Origin: Nitrospirota bacterium
GTDB taxonomy: Bacteria; Nitrospirota; Thermodesulfovibrionia; Thermodesulfovibrionales; Dissulfurispiraceae
Direction: 5' to 3'
DNA length: 64,000 nt
Assembly (NCBI GenBank): GCA_963790025.1
Contig: CAWBMP010000005.1
Coordinates: 416,001 to 480,000, forward strand
Positions 18,927-29,648 of this stretch are shown in pieces (position 1 is the stretch's first letter; each line of letters starts with the position of its first letter). Made by a program: the position numbers and the translations under genes. The notes below the pieces were generated by a model. That model did no database searches. It was given only the letters and a program-made list of their open reading frames with translations, and was not told where the DNA came from.

Positions 18927-20735
18927 TCAGGCCCGCTCAGGTCTCGGCCTCTTCTGTGCTTCCAAAAACTTTTTCCTCAGCCTGACTGATGTGGGGGTCA
19001 CTTCCACCAGTTCGTCTTCTTTTATGAACTCCAGTGCCTGTTCGAGATTCAGTACACGGGGAGGGATCAGTTGTATGGTGTCATCGGCACTCGCTGCACG
19101 CATGTTCGTCATTTTTTTCTCTTTTGTGACGTTGACATCCAGATCGGCTTCGCGGGCATTCTCTCCTATAAGCATCCCTTCATATACCTGGGTGTTTTCC
19201 GTGATGAAGAGCGTTCCCCTGGGCTGCAGATGAAAGAGGGCATAAGTAGTAGATTTACCGGCCCTGTCCGCAACGAGGGCGCCGGATTGCCTTTTTGAAA
19301 GATGTCCGTGCCATGGTTCATACCCATCGAAGAGGTGGTTCAGGAGGCCTGTCCCTTTCGTGTCGGTGAGGAACTGTGATCTGAAACCTATCAGGCCCCT
19401 GGAGGGTATCCTGAATTCCAGCCGTGCCCTGCCGTGGCCGTTGTTTTGCATCTTATGCATTCTCCCTTTTCTCATGCCCAACTGCTGCGTAACGACGCCC
19501 ACATATTCTTCTGGTACATCGATAACCAGCAATTCCATGGGTTCGTTCAGTACGCCCTTGATCGTTTTAGTTATTGTTTCCGGCATGGATACGGAAAGCT
19601 CGTAACCTTCACGCCGCATCATTTCGATAAGGATGGCAAGCTGTAATTCGCCGCGTCCCATGACATTGAAGGAATCGGTCGCATCGAAATCCACCTTTAT
19701 CGCTACATTATAGAGCAGTTCTTTCTCGAGCCGCTCCCTGAGATTCCGGGACGTGACGTATTTGCCGTCCCTTCCGGCGAAAGGTGAGGTGTTCACCGAG
19801 AAGACCATGGATATGGTGGGCTCGTCAACAGTTATTCTCGGCAGCGGCTTCGGGTCTTCGATGTTTGTAATGGTATCGCCGATATTGATTCCTTCTATGC
19901 CGGCAAGGGCCACGATCTCGCCTGCTGATGCCTCTTTTGCCTCACTGCGCTCAAGGCCCTGGAAGGTATAAAGCGAGGTCACCTTGGTCTTGATTACCTC
20001 ACCGCTGCTGTTTACCATCGCGACAAGATCGCCGACCTTTACGGTGCCTGAGAAGACGCGCGCGATAGCGAGCCTTCCGACGTAATCATTGTAATCTATG
20101 TTGGTGACAAGGAGCTGTAAAACACCTTGAGGATCGCCTTTAGGCGCTGGGATTGTCCTGAGAATAAGATCAAAGAGCGGCTTGAGATTTTCTGCTTCGC
20201 CGCTGCCGTCCATCTGGGCAGTGCCTTTCCTGGCGTTTGTATAGACTATGGGAAATTCAAGCTGAGCTTCGGTTGCATCGAGATCGATAAAAAGGTCGTA
20301 CACCTCATTGAGCACTTCCTGTATCCTGGCATCGGGCCGGTCGATCTTATTGATTACAAGTATCGGAGGCAGATTGAGTTCGAGTGCCTTCTTAAGAACA
20401 AAGCGGGTCTGCGGAAGCGGTCCTTCAGAGGCGTCGACCAGCAGCAGCACCCCATCCACCATCTTGAGCGTCCTTTCGACTTCACCTCCGAAATCCGCAT
20501 GGCCGGGCGTATCGACAATATTTATTTTTGTACCGTTATATGCCACGGCGGTATTTTTTGCCATAATGGTGATGCCGCGTTCCCGTTCGAGATCGATATT
20601 GTCCATGACTCTTTCCTGCACTCTCTCATTGTCCCGCCATGTCCCTGCCTGCCTGAGCAAGCCGTCGACAAGGGTTGTCTTGCCGTGGTCAACATGTGCA
20701 ATTATCGCGATATTTCTTAGGTTATTCTGTTCCAT
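18927..20735 (-). CDS. typA: Translational GTPase TypA/BipA
   Basis: [44 protein letters not shown]. Confidence 0.98.
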   Translation of the reverse strand: MEQNNLRNIAIIAHVDHGKTTLVDGLLRQAGTWRDNERVQERVMDNIDLERERGITIMAKNTAVAYNGTKINIVDTPGHADFGGEVERTLKMVDGVLLLVDASEGPLPQTRFVLKKALELNLPPILVINKIDRPDARIQEVLNEVYDLFIDLDATEAQLEFPIVYTNARKGTAQMDGSGEAENLKPLFDLILRTIPAPKGDPQGVLQLLVTNIDYNDYVGRLAIARVFSGTVKVGDLVAMVNSSGEVIKTKVTSLYTFQGLERSEAKEASAGEIVALAGIEGINIGDTITNIEDPKPLPRITVDEPTISMVFSVNTSPFAGRDGKYVTSRNLRERLEKELLYNVAIKVDFDATDSFNVMGRGELQLAILIEMMRREGYELSVSMPETITKTIKGVLNEPMELLVIDVPEEYVGVVTQQLGMRKGRMHKMQNNGHGRARLEFRIPSRGLIGFRSQFLTDTKGTGLLNHLFDGYEPWHGHLSKRQSGALVADRAGKSTTYALFHLQPRGTLFITENTQVYEGMLIGENAREADLDVNVTKEKKMTNMRAASADDTIQLIPPRVLNLEQALEFIKEDELVEVTPTSVRLRKKFLEAQKRPRPERA

Positions 20736-20882
20736 TGATTTAGTGTCCCCCGGTCAACTTCACTTTATTTGTCACCAGCGCGGATAACGATTATGTCGCC
20801 TTATTAATCAACTCATTAGTAAATGCTGAGAGAAAAAAATCCGGCGGGCTTGGAAACATGCTACTGGACTATTATACTCTAT

Positions 20883-21680
20883 TTACTGTCTAAAATACCA
20901 TTGCAGTATGACCTCTCCATAAAACAACGTCACGAGCGCACCAAGCGCCAGGAACGGTCCGAAGGGTATTTTTGACTTCCTGCCTTTTCCTTTTGCGACT
21001 ATAAGAAAAATGCCGGCCAGAGAGCCGGTTACACTGCCGACAAACGTGGTAAGGAGGACCGCCTTCCATCCCATGAAGGCGCCGACCATAGTCATCAGTT
21101 TGATGTCGCCGCCTCCCAATGCATCCGTTCCTGACATTAGCCGTCCCAAGTTGGCGATAAGATAGAACAGACCCCCCCCGAGCAGGAGGCCGGCAAGAGA
21201 ATTTGTAACCCCGACTATTTCATGTCCCGCATCTCCTGCCAGGAACGGGTCCGGAAACAGAAAAGATGCCGACACAAGACCAATGACAATGCCTGGAAGG
21301 GTCAGGGCATCGGGGATGATCTGGAAATCGAGGTCGATAAACGTTATGACGACAAGGGCAGAAACGAGCATGCATATGAGAAGCGTATGCATGCCCATGC
21401 CGAAGGAAGTGACAACCGTCAAGTATAAAAAACCATTGAGCAGTTCGACCAGCGGATAACGGAACGAAATGGGTCCTCCGCAATTTCTGCATTTGCCTTG
21501 CAGTACAATAAAGCTTATGACAGGGACATTATGCCAGGGCTTGATCGACTCATGACAGCGTGGACATGCGGAGGGGGGGCTCACGATCGACAGCGACCTG
21601 GGAAGCCGGTAGATGCATACGTTGAGGAAAGACCCGACGATGAGACCGATGATAAAAGAAATAATTTGTATGTAGCTCAT
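20883..21680 (-). CDS. pilD: Type IV prepilin peptidase/N-methyltransferase
   Basis: GSFLNVCIYRLP, two CxxC pairs, FIDLDFQIIPD, GGGDIKL, IPFGPFL. Confidence 0.94.
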   Translation of the reverse strand: MSYIQIISFIIGLIVGSFLNVCIYRLPRSLSIVSPPSACPRCHESIKPWHNVPVISFIVLQGKCRNCGGPISFRYPLVELLNGFLYLTVVTSFGMGMHTLLICMLVSALVVITFIDLDFQIIPDALTLPGIVIGLVSASFLFPDPFLAGDAGHEIVGVTNSLAGLLLGGGLFYLIANLGRLMSGTDALGGGDIKLMTMVGAFMGWKAVLLTTFVGSVTGSLAGIFLIVAKGKGRKSKIPFGPFLALGALVTLFYGEVILQWYFRQ

Positions 21681-21988
21681 GTGTTGAGCTTGTTCAGTTC
21701 GGCAACCTTTTCCATAGCTTCCTTGATTTCGAGTTCCAGCAATTCAACGGACCTGATCGCGGCCATGATCTCTTTGCCGCCGTAAACGTTCTTATCATTG
21801 CCCCTCATTTCGTAGACTTCCTCGCCGATCTGCCGCAGCAGTTCGTCTCTTTTTTTCTTCAATTCCTCGGACTTGTAGAGGAGCTTGAAAATGGTTATTT
21901 CGATCTTCATCCTTTCTGACAGAAGTTCGGAAAACCACTTCACTTTTTTTATGCCGTTTTCGAAATCTTCTTTAATCCTGCTTAACAT
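21677..21988 (-). CDS. Conserved hypothetical coiled-coil protein coupled to pilD
   Basis: ATGA overlap with pilD; helical charged composition; upstream TGnTAAAAT. Confidence 0.7.
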   Translation of the reverse strand: MLSRIKEDFENGIKKVKWFSELLSERMKIEITIFKLLYKSEELKKKRDELLRQIGEEVYEMRGNDKNVYGGKEIMAAIRSVELLELEIKEAMEKVAELNKLNT

Positions 21989-22013
21989 AACGCCTCAGAC
22001 ATCATTTTACCAT

Positions 22014-22067
22014 AGTCAGCGGTCGGAGGTCAGATATCTGTATCCCTGTCCAGCCCCTGACCTTGAC
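22014..22067. repeat. Degenerate heptamer inverted repeat (GGTCAGA)n...(CTGACC)
   Basis: agtcagc ggtcgga ggtcaga ... cctgacc ttgac. Confidence 0.45.
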
Positions 22068-22081
22068 GATGTCATTGCATT

Positions 22082-23719
22082 ATGCTAAGTATTATATTAG
22101 TTATGCTGAAATGTACTTTTCTGCCATCATTTATGAAGACCGGGCCATCAGACTCTAAACTTGAGGAGAAGAGATCTTGCGGAGATTTTTTATTCCTGCT
22201 GCATTTTCTTCCGATATTCATGGTCCTTCTCGGCGCTGCATCCCCGGCCTGGGCCGTTGTCCAGGACAATACATTTGGAGCCAAAAACTTCTGGACTACG
22301 GAAAGGGTTGCCGCTTTTACGGCGTCACTATTGTTTATGACTGTCTGCATCATGATTTTGTGGCGATATCGGTCTTTACTCAAACTTAATCGGGAACTGA
22401 GAAGAAACATTGCCGAGCGCAAACAGGCAGAGGAGAAAATCTCCGAGCAGCGTGTGATCCTGGAACATATTTTGGAACAGTCTCTTGCCGGTTACTGGGA
22501 CTGGCGCAAGAAGGAGGGAATGGAATATTTCAGTCCTACATTCAAGAAAATGTTGGGTTATGAAGACCATGAACTGTCCAATATACCTGAAACATGGAGA
22601 AGGCTTATATTACCTGAAGATCTGCCCGGAGTTCATGAAGTATTCCGCAAGCATGTCGAAAGTCACGGAGTGGATCCTTTTTACAATGAGGTGAAATACC
22701 GGCATAAAAACGGTTCTGTAGTATGGGTCATATGTACCGGCACCGTCGTAGAATGGGATGAAGACGGACAACCGCTGCGAATGATAGGCTGTCATGTTGA
22801 TATAACCAGGCGCAAGAATCTCGAGGCGGAAATACAAAAGGCCCATGACGAATTGGAGCGTCGTGTAGGGGAGCGCACCCAGGAATTATCAGAACTGAAT
22901 GCTCAATTAAAAACAGAAATAGAGGTTCGCAGGCTTATGGAGGATGCGCTGTTGAGGTCTCATGAGGAACTGGAAAGAAGAGTTCAGGAGCGGACTTCTG
23001 AGCTTGCGGAAGCTAATATAATATTGGAAGATGAAATTGAGCATCGACGTCAGGCTGATGCGGCATTGACATTGAATCAAGTGCGCTTGCGGAACCTTTA
23101 TTTAAATCTGCAGTCCATGAGGGAGGAAGAACGGGCCAACATAGCCCGCGAAATACATGATGAACTAGGACAGATTATGACAGCAATAAAGATGGATATA
23201 GCATGGATCAAAGGAAAATATTGCGATCACGAATCTATTTGTAAAAAGACATCGGCAACTTTAAATCTCATTGATGCAACAATAAAATCGGTCAGGAGGA
23301 TATGCACGGAACTGAGGCCGGAAATACTGGACCATATGGGACTCGGTGCAGCAATTGAGTGGCAGGCCGAAGAATTCCAAAACCGGACCGGGATCCAATG
23401 CGAAGTCGCCGTGGAAGATGACCTTGCGATGGACAATGATCGCTCCACTGCTCTGTTCAGGATTTTTCAGGAGGCGCTGACAAATATCCTGCGCCATTCA
23501 AATGCTACAAAAATGACGGCAAGCCTGAAAAGCGGCGATGATAAAGTAATACTTCAAATCAGTGATAACGGCTCCGGAATTACCGAAGAGGAGATTTCAA
23601 AACCAGATTCATTCGGGCTTTTAGGCATGCATGAACGCGTCTTTCCATGGAGAGGAAGCGTAATTATCAGCGGCAGTCCAAACAAAGGCACCAGAATCGA
23701 AGTAACAATGCCAGTCTAA
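22082..23719 (+). CDS. PAS-domain sensor histidine kinase (HisKA_3, NarX/UhpB type)
   Basis: PAS/PAC (GYWDW, YRHKNGSVVWV, IGCHVDIT), IAREIHDELGQ, LRP, QEALTNILRHS, DNGSG; start uncertain. Confidence 0.9.
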   Translation: MLSIILVMLKCTFLPSFMKTGPSDSKLEEKRSCGDFLFLLHFLPIFMVLLGAASPAWAVVQDNTFGAKNFWTTERVAAFTASLLFMTVCIMILWRYRSLLKLNRELRRNIAERKQAEEKISEQRVILEHILEQSLAGYWDWRKKEGMEYFSPTFKKMLGYEDHELSNIPETWRRLILPEDLPGVHEVFRKHVESHGVDPFYNEVKYRHKNGSVVWVICTGTVVEWDEDGQPLRMIGCHVDITRRKNLEAEIQKAHDELERRVGERTQELSELNAQLKTEIEVRRLMEDALLRSHEELERRVQERTSELAEANIILEDEIEHRRQADAALTLNQVRLRNLYLNLQSMREEERANIAREIHDELGQIMTAIKMDIAWIKGKYCDHESICKKTSATLNLIDATIKSVRRICTELRPEILDHMGLGAAIEWQAEEFQNRTGIQCEVAVEDDLAMDNDRSTALFRIFQEALTNILRHSNATKMTASLKSGDDKVILQISDNGSGITEEEISKPDSFGLLGMHERVFPWRGSVIISGSPNKGTRIEVTMPV

Positions 23720-23806
23720 AGATAGGTAAAGATATAGGTTAAGAAAACTAATAGAGGCTTTGTTTAAACCTTCCTTTACCTCTGCCTATACCTTTACCTG
23801 TTTTAC
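23717..23806. repeat. Hexamer-based inverted repeat (AGGTAA)n...(TTACCT)n between convergent genes
   Basis: taaagataggtaaagatataggttaag ... ttacct ctgcct atacct ttacct; contains both stop codons. Confidence 0.6.
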
Positions 23807-24277
23807 TTGGTAGTACTCTAACCAGGTGGACTTAGGCGATTCCGGATTCTCTTTCAATACTACCAGAGCTCCCTCCCTCTCTTGAGGATACGCCTTTCCC
23901 CAACCCGAGAAATTATTTGAAAGCATTTCGAGGCTTAATAGAACGGCGGCAAGAAACTTCCATCCATCCTTTTCGCGAACAGATATAATTCTGTCCGCAA
24001 GAAATATCAGGCCTATTGCTGAAAGGGTCCACCAGGGAATTAAAAAGGAAAGGCAAACGACACCGATGCTCGCCAAAAAACAGAATTTCCGGATTTTAAA
24101 ATACCGGTTAGTAATGTTTAGAACTGCAGAAGCTTCCGGGACCAACCTGATAGCATTTAAGTTATCATCTGTTGCGATTTTTACAGAAAGATTGCTAAAG
24201 CCATGTTTTCTGTGAAATTGCTTGACAACGTCAGTGCAAATGCTGAAAAGCTCGGCCGGTATAAAACCTATTTTCAT
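23786..24277 (-). CDS. Hypothetical membrane protein
   Basis: ORF with two adjacent TM segments; SD GGAGG before ATG 24277. Confidence 0.6.
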   Translation of the reverse strand: MKIGFIPAELFSICTDVVKQFHRKHGFSNLSVKIATDDNLNAIRLVPEASAVLNITNRYFKIRKFCFLASIGVVCLSFLIPWWTLSAIGLIFLADRIISVREKDGWKFLAAVLLSLEMLSNNFSGWGKAYPQEREGALVVLKENPESPKSTWLEYYQVKQVKV

Positions 24278-24419
24278 TGCCCCTCCCATCCTCACCTTCT
24301 CCCTTTTGCAGCGTTTAAACCTATTACTGTACTATAATAAGATTATATTAATAATACAACCCATTCTATGTCTTTGCCTTTGACGTTGAACGCTGTAAGA
24401 TGAACGCTATAACGAGTTT

Positions 24420-26546
24420 TTATCCTGTCTTAAAGAGTTCCAGTTTCCTTCCCCAGAAGTCTTCGATAGAGCGCCTTAGCTTTGGATATTGCCGAAGCTC
24501 CGGGTCTTTTTCGATAAGTGCGAAGGCCGCCTTGCGTGCCGTTTCAAGCAGCTTTGCATCTCTCACAATATTCGCAACTTTCAGATCCGGCAGTCCAGAC
24601 TGTTTTGTGCCGAAAAACTCGCCCGGACCTCTTATTGCAAGATCTTCCTCGGCTATTTTAAAACCATCGTTCGTACTGACCATTACCCCAAGCCTTCGCC
24701 TGGCATCTTCGGCCCCCCCGTAATGCAGGAGAACGCAGTGCGACTGGCTGCCGCCCCTGCCCACGCGTCCGCGAAGCTGGTGGAGTTGTGCAAGGCCGAA
24801 CCGCTCGGCATGTATAATCACCATGAGCGTAGCATTAGGCACATCGACCCCGACCTCTATTACTGTTGTTGAAACGAGTATCTGCAGCGGGCCGTTTTTA
24901 AACTCCCGCATCACTTCCTCCCTCTCTGCAGGCTTTATTCTTCCGTGGAGCAGTCCGACCCTGAACCGCGGGAACTTCACCTTTAACGCCTCCATACCTG
25001 TTATAGCGGCTTTAAGGTTTACTTTGTCCGATTCCTCTATGATGGGATAGACAATGTACACCTGTCTCCCTTCGGAGACCTCATCCTCTATGATCCGGTA
25101 GATATAGTCTTTCTGCTTTTCAGAAAGCTGCCGCGTAATGACAGGACTCCGGTTGGGCGGTAGTTCGTCGATGACCGAGTAGTCGAGGTCTCCGTAAAGG
25201 GTGAGAGCGAGGGTCCTGGGAATTGGCGTTGCAGTCATGATGAGAGTGTCGGGGTTGGCCCCTTTTTTTTTGAGTGTGGCCCGTTGCATGACACCAAAGC
25301 GGTGCTGTTCATCTATGACGATGAGCCCCAGTTTTTTGAAAGAGACGCCTTCCTGAATCAGTGCATGTGTGCCGACCACAATGTCGGCATCGCCCGATGA
25401 GATTGTCTGAATGTTTTTATTTTTTCTGCTTCCAGTCAGCAAATGGATTTTCAATCCGAGGTTTTCTACAAGCGTGTGAATATTCAAATAATGTTGTTCG
25501 GCGAGTATTTCCGTAGGCGCCATAAGTGCCGCCTGGTAGCCGGACTCGACTGCGGCAAGCATTGACAGGAGTGCCACGATAGTTTTGCCGGAGCCCACGT
25601 CGCCCTGAATGAGACGGTTCATAGGGGCCGCCGATCTCATATCATTCATTATGTCGCCCAAAACGCGTTCCTGGGCCCCGGTGAGCTTGAAAGGCAAAGC
25701 GGCGAGCAAACGCTCCGTCAGTTTTCCATCCGGAAGGAATGCAATGCCCTTTCTGAGGACCTCCCCCTTTTTTATGATTGCAAGACCGGCCTGGAATGTA
25801 AAAAGTTCATCAAAGGAAAGGCGCTGATGGTAAGGACTGGCGCCGCTGTTAAGCATATCGAGGGACACCTGAGGAACAGGAAAATGGATGTTTGATATAC
25901 TCTCGCTGAGGCCGGGCAAATCGAGCGGGGCAATAATTTCCTGCGGGATAGTGTCCGGTATGGACGATGCTGCGCCGTTCACCACAGCATACATGATGTT
26001 TCTCAGCTGTTTTTGTGAGAGGCCTTCAGTCAGACGGTAAACAGGGACGATACGTCCCGTATGTATTTGCTCGTCCGGCCGATCACTCAAATCGCTTTCG
26101 GGTTGAGTATTGAGCGCCTGGTCATCGATGATTTCATATTCCGGATTGGTCATCTCGAAACCAGAGCCCCAATAGTCCCGTTTGACCGTGCCGTACAAAA
26201 CGACTTCCTGCCCGGGCTTGAAAAGTTTTTTCAGGTATGCCTGGTTAAACCATTTCGCTTTTAAGACACCGCTGCCGTCGGTAATAACCAGTTCGAATAA
26301 ACGCAGGCGGGGTCTTCTGGGATTTGGAGTGATGATCTCTGCTCCGGCCACCTTACCGGCAACGGTATGCAACCGGTCCGGGGAAAGCTGGGCTATCTTG
26401 ATTAAAGTGCTTCGGTCCTCATAGCGGTAAGGCAGGTGAAATAGAGCATCTCTGATCGTGTTTATTCCGAGGCGTGCAAGAAGGCGGGCCCTTTGGGGGC
26501 CGACGCCTTTTACGTACTGTACCGGGGAAGCAGGATCATAACTCAT
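24420..26546 (-). CDS. recG: ATP-dependent DNA helicase RecG
   Basis: QGDVGSGKT, APTEILAEQH, DEQHRFGV, MTATPIPRTL, QLRGRVGRG. Confidence 0.98.
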   Translation of the reverse strand: MSYDPASPVQYVKGVGPQRARLLARLGINTIRDALFHLPYRYEDRSTLIKIAQLSPDRLHTVAGKVAGAEIITPNPRRPRLRLFELVITDGSGVLKAKWFNQAYLKKLFKPGQEVVLYGTVKRDYWGSGFEMTNPEYEIIDDQALNTQPESDLSDRPDEQIHTGRIVPVYRLTEGLSQKQLRNIMYAVVNGAASSIPDTIPQEIIAPLDLPGLSESISNIHFPVPQVSLDMLNSGASPYHQRLSFDELFTFQAGLAIIKKGEVLRKGIAFLPDGKLTERLLAALPFKLTGAQERVLGDIMNDMRSAAPMNRLIQGDVGSGKTIVALLSMLAAVESGYQAALMAPTEILAEQHYLNIHTLVENLGLKIHLLTGSRKNKNIQTISSGDADIVVGTHALIQEGVSFKKLGLIVIDEQHRFGVMQRATLKKKGANPDTLIMTATPIPRTLALTLYGDLDYSVIDELPPNRSPVITRQLSEKQKDYIYRIIEDEVSEGRQVYIVYPIIEESDKVNLKAAITGMEALKVKFPRFRVGLLHGRIKPAEREEVMREFKNGPLQILVSTTVIEVGVDVPNATLMVIIHAERFGLAQLHQLRGRVGRGGSQSHCVLLHYGGAEDARRRLGVMVSTNDGFKIAEEDLAIRGPGEFFGTKQSGLPDLKVANIVRDAKLLETARKAAFALIEKDPELRQYPKLRRSIEDFWGRKLELFKTG

Positions 26547-27651
26547 TACTCTTCGCGTGCTTTGTCTCTAACAATGCTTTGTCGAGGGATTTGTCCGTTT
26601 CTTCCATTTTTATTTTTGCATATTCTGTTTCACTTAATATCTCTATTTCCCATCCAGTCAGTTTCGTGGCCAACTTTATGTTTTGCCCGCGCTTCCCTAT
26701 GGCCAGCGATAATTGCTGGTCATCAGCTATGACCATTGCCGTTTTCTCATCGTCATTTATGCCGACCCTGTCAACCGTTGCGGGCGTGAGCGCCCTTGCG
26801 ATGAATATGCGGGGGTCCTCGCTCCAGGGAATAATATCGATCCTCTCCCCCCTCAGTTCCCTCACGATCGATTGCACCCTTGTTCCCTTCATCCCCACGC
26901 AGGCACCGACGGCGTCTATTGAGGTGTCTTTGGAAAACACCGCTATCTTCGTCCTCTCTCCCGGCTCCCTGGCTATGCCCTTTACCACAACGACCCCGTC
27001 GTTTATTTCAGGGACCTCCATTTTAAAAAGGCCCACAATGAAGTTTGGATCGGTTCTGGAAAGCATTATTGCAGGACCTTTAGCACTCTGGCGCACTTCT
27101 GAGAGGTAGGCTTTCACCATATCTCCTCTTTTCAGGGTCTCTGTGGGCAATGCCTCCCGTTGGAGCATGACAGCCTCTGCCTTTCCGAGACTGATGAAGT
27201 AAACGTTTTTTTCCTTTCTTAATACCGTGCCGCTGATGATTTGCCCGGCCTTATCTTTGAATTCCTCAAAAATAATGTCGCGTTCGGCCTCCCTCACTCT
27301 TTGAAACAGCACCTGCTTTGCGGTCTGGGCCGCTATCCTCCCAAAATCCTGGAGTTGGATCGGCATTTCAATCTCATCTCCCATTTTTGAATCAGGAAAT
27401 GTCTTCAAAGCCTCATCCAGGGTGATCTCTTCATCTCTGTTCGTGACAACTTCGGACACTCTTTTGGTCTCATAAACCTGAATGTTGCAGGTTTTGGGAT
27501 CGATCCGCAGATTTATATTAGTTCTGCCGCCGTATTTCTTTCTGGCCGCTGACAGAAGCGCAGACTCAAGGACCTTGAGGAGTGCTTCACGGGAGATACC
27601 TTTCTCCCTGCTGATCTGATCTATTACAGAAGACAGTTCTTTTGTCATCAT
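26536..27651 (-). CDS. nusA: Transcription termination/antitermination factor NusA
   Basis: FGRIAAQTAKQV, AREPGERTKIAV, GACVGMKG, SLAIGKRGQN. Confidence 0.97.
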   Translation of the reverse strand: MMTKELSSVIDQISREKGISREALLKVLESALLSAARKKYGGRTNINLRIDPKTCNIQVYETKRVSEVVTNRDEEITLDEALKTFPDSKMGDEIEMPIQLQDFGRIAAQTAKQVLFQRVREAERDIIFEEFKDKAGQIISGTVLRKEKNVYFISLGKAEAVMLQREALPTETLKRGDMVKAYLSEVRQSAKGPAIMLSRTDPNFIVGLFKMEVPEINDGVVVVKGIAREPGERTKIAVFSKDTSIDAVGACVGMKGTRVQSIVRELRGERIDIIPWSEDPRIFIARALTPATVDRVGINDDEKTAMVIADDQQLSLAIGKRGQNIKLATKLTGWEIEILSETEYAKIKMEETDKSLDKALLETKHAKSNEL

Positions 27652-27672
27652 GGCCGCTACCTCTCATTTTAT

Positions 27673-28170
27673 TTAAAAATCCTTTGGATTGCTTTTTTTC
27701 ATCTCAATTTCGAGCCGTGCCTTTGAGATCTTGTCGGAGGGAACAAAAATGTCCTTTCCCCCTCCTTTTGTCTCGATTTTTATCCTTACCCAGCCTTCGC
27801 CGACATCGACTATCCTTCCTATCAAAAAAGTCTGTTCATCTATTTTTTCTGTGGTAACAATCCTCGCCAGCTTGCCGATATTCTTCTCAAAATCCCTTTG
27901 CGTTACAAGGGGCCTGTCAAGACCAGGAGACGATACCTCCAGCACATACGACCCCTTTATCGGGTCCTCAACGTCCAGAAGCGCTTCAAGGCCCCTGCTC
28001 ATTCTCTCACAATCCCCTATAGTCACTCCCCCTGTCTTGTCCACTACTACTCTCAGCAGAAGCCGCCTGCCGCTGCCCAGCATATCGGTGCTGATAACTT
28101 CCAGTCCCTCGTCTTCAGCTACCTGACAAGCCAACAGGTGTACCTTATGTTTTATTGAACTCGTTTCCAT
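27673..28170 (-). CDS. rimP: Ribosome maturation factor RimP
   Basis: GVTIGDC, LEVSSPGLDRPL; upstream of nusA. Confidence 0.95.
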   Translation of the reverse strand: METSSIKHKVHLLACQVAEDEGLEVISTDMLGSGRRLLLRVVVDKTGGVTIGDCERMSRGLEALLDVEDPIKGSYVLEVSSPGLDRPLVTQRDFEKNIGKLARIVTTEKIDEQTFLIGRIVDVGEGWVRIKIETKGGGKDIFVPSDKISKARLEIEMKKSNPKDF

Positions 28171-28178
28171 ATCTCACT

Positions 28179-28207
28179 AAAATAAAAGAGTGGGACTTCC
28201 CACTCTT
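28179..28207 (-). promoter_or_regulatory. rimP leader terminator/attenuator hairpin
   Basis: Minus strand AAGAGTGGGA-AG-TCCCACTCTT plus TTATTTT, just upstream of rimP; matches the known rimP leader motif. Confidence 0.75.
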
Positions 28208-28250
28208 AACGGGTACTTACATCTGCTGTAAATATAACAGTTTTTTCGAC

Positions 28251-28294
28251 AAAAAAGCAACACCATGAGGGCACTTGGCCCTCATGGTGTTTTT
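28251..28294 (-). terminator. Strong, possibly bidirectional terminator after the Pro-Ala lipoprotein gene
   Basis: AACACCATGAGGGC-acttg-GCCCTCATGGTGTT 14 bp stem with T tracts on both strands. Confidence 0.85.
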
Positions 28295-28303
28295 ATAAGC
28301 AGG

Positions 28304-28519
<216 letters not shown>

Positions 28520-28877
28520 TTTTGTCACCTCCTTCCAAAATTCTTTGCATTCTTCTCAGCCAAACGTCTCAACCAAAAATTTACCAAAAATTGGGGTATT
28601 GCTATACCATCTCAATTATTAACATATACGCAGGTTCTTGTCAAGAACTAAAAAATCAGGAGTTCCCCCAATTTTTTTACGCGCTTGTCCGGAATAGCAA
28701 TTCCTGAGCATATTTTTTCCGGCTATCGCCGGGGTCTAATATGACAAGCGTATCTTTGCCAATTAAAGGGGCACTTTCCTCAGCAGATTCTTTTGTAGCC
28801 CTTCCCCTAACCCTCTCCGCATTGACTGCCGCGACAGTCGCTCCTGCTAAAAAATGGGCCCAACTGTTTTGATAATG

Positions 28878-29648
28878 CTATTTTCTCCTTTCGAAGACGT
28901 TTCCGGCTATCATGACAAAGACGATAGAAGCGGCAGCTATGACCGCTATATCGAGACCCAGGGGAAAATCATGCTCTATAAGCATGCTCCGGGCGAAGAT
29001 CATGTGTTTCAGCGCATCGATACCGTATGTCAAGGGGTTGATTCTCGTAAACAGGCCGAGTACATGAGGGAGCAATTTGACCGGATACATTGCGCCTGAT
29101 AAAAAAAACATGGGCATGACGATAAAATTCATAATGACGCTGAAACTTTCAAAACTTTCGTAAAAGCTGGCGATAAGAATGCCAAGTGACGACAGGCAGA
29201 AAGACAGCAGCATTGAAATGAACAGGACAAGCACAATTTGTACTATCCCGAGTTTGAGGCCCAGGATGGGGAAAAGCAGCACGATAAGGAGCGCCTGGAT
29301 GGTGGAGACCGCCATACCGCTGAGCGATTTTCCGACTACTATCGAAAACCTCGATACAGGCGCAGCAAGCATCTCTTTCATGAAACCGAATTCCTTGTCC
29401 CAAATTATGGATATTGAGGAGAAAATGGAACTGAAGAGAATGGTCATTCCGATAATGCCCGGGAAGATAAACTGCATATACGGGACACCCATAGTGGGCG
29501 AAACGACCCGGGACATGCCGCCGCCGACAAGAAAGAGCCATATCAACGGGCGGGCGAGCGTTGAAATCAGCCTGCCCCGCTCCCTCACAAATTTTATGAG
29601 TTCCCGTGCTACAACAACGTAAATGGCGTTAAGGTCAGCTTGTATCAT
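28878..29648 (-). CDS. ABC-2 type exporter permease (DrrB-like)
   Basis: DKEFGFMKEMLAAPVSR, FFLSGAMYP, NPLTYGID. Confidence 0.93.
   Translation of the reverse strand: MIQADLNAIYVVVARELIKFVRERGRLISTLARPLIWLFLVGGGMSRVVSPTMGVPYMQFIFPGIIGMTILFSSIFSSISIIWDKEFGFMKEMLAAPVSRFSIVVGKSLSGMAVSTIQALLIVLLFPILGLKLGIVQIVLVLFISMLLSFCLSSLGILIASFYESFESFSVIMNFIVMPMFFLSGAMYPVKLLPHVLGLFTRINPLTYGIDALKHMIFARSMLIEHDFPLGLDIAVIAAASIVFVMIAGNVFERRK

Noticed and set aside
27673..27692. AAAAATCCTTTGGATT at the rimP 3' end considered as a fourth coding palindrome
   Set aside because: It lacks the GGGGACCC flank and AAAGTC core, and is too short
28797..28820. CCCTTCCCCTAACCCTCTCC (and 24280-24304) resembling ends of known palindromic repeats
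   Set aside because: Only one short arm each; a complete element cannot be supported
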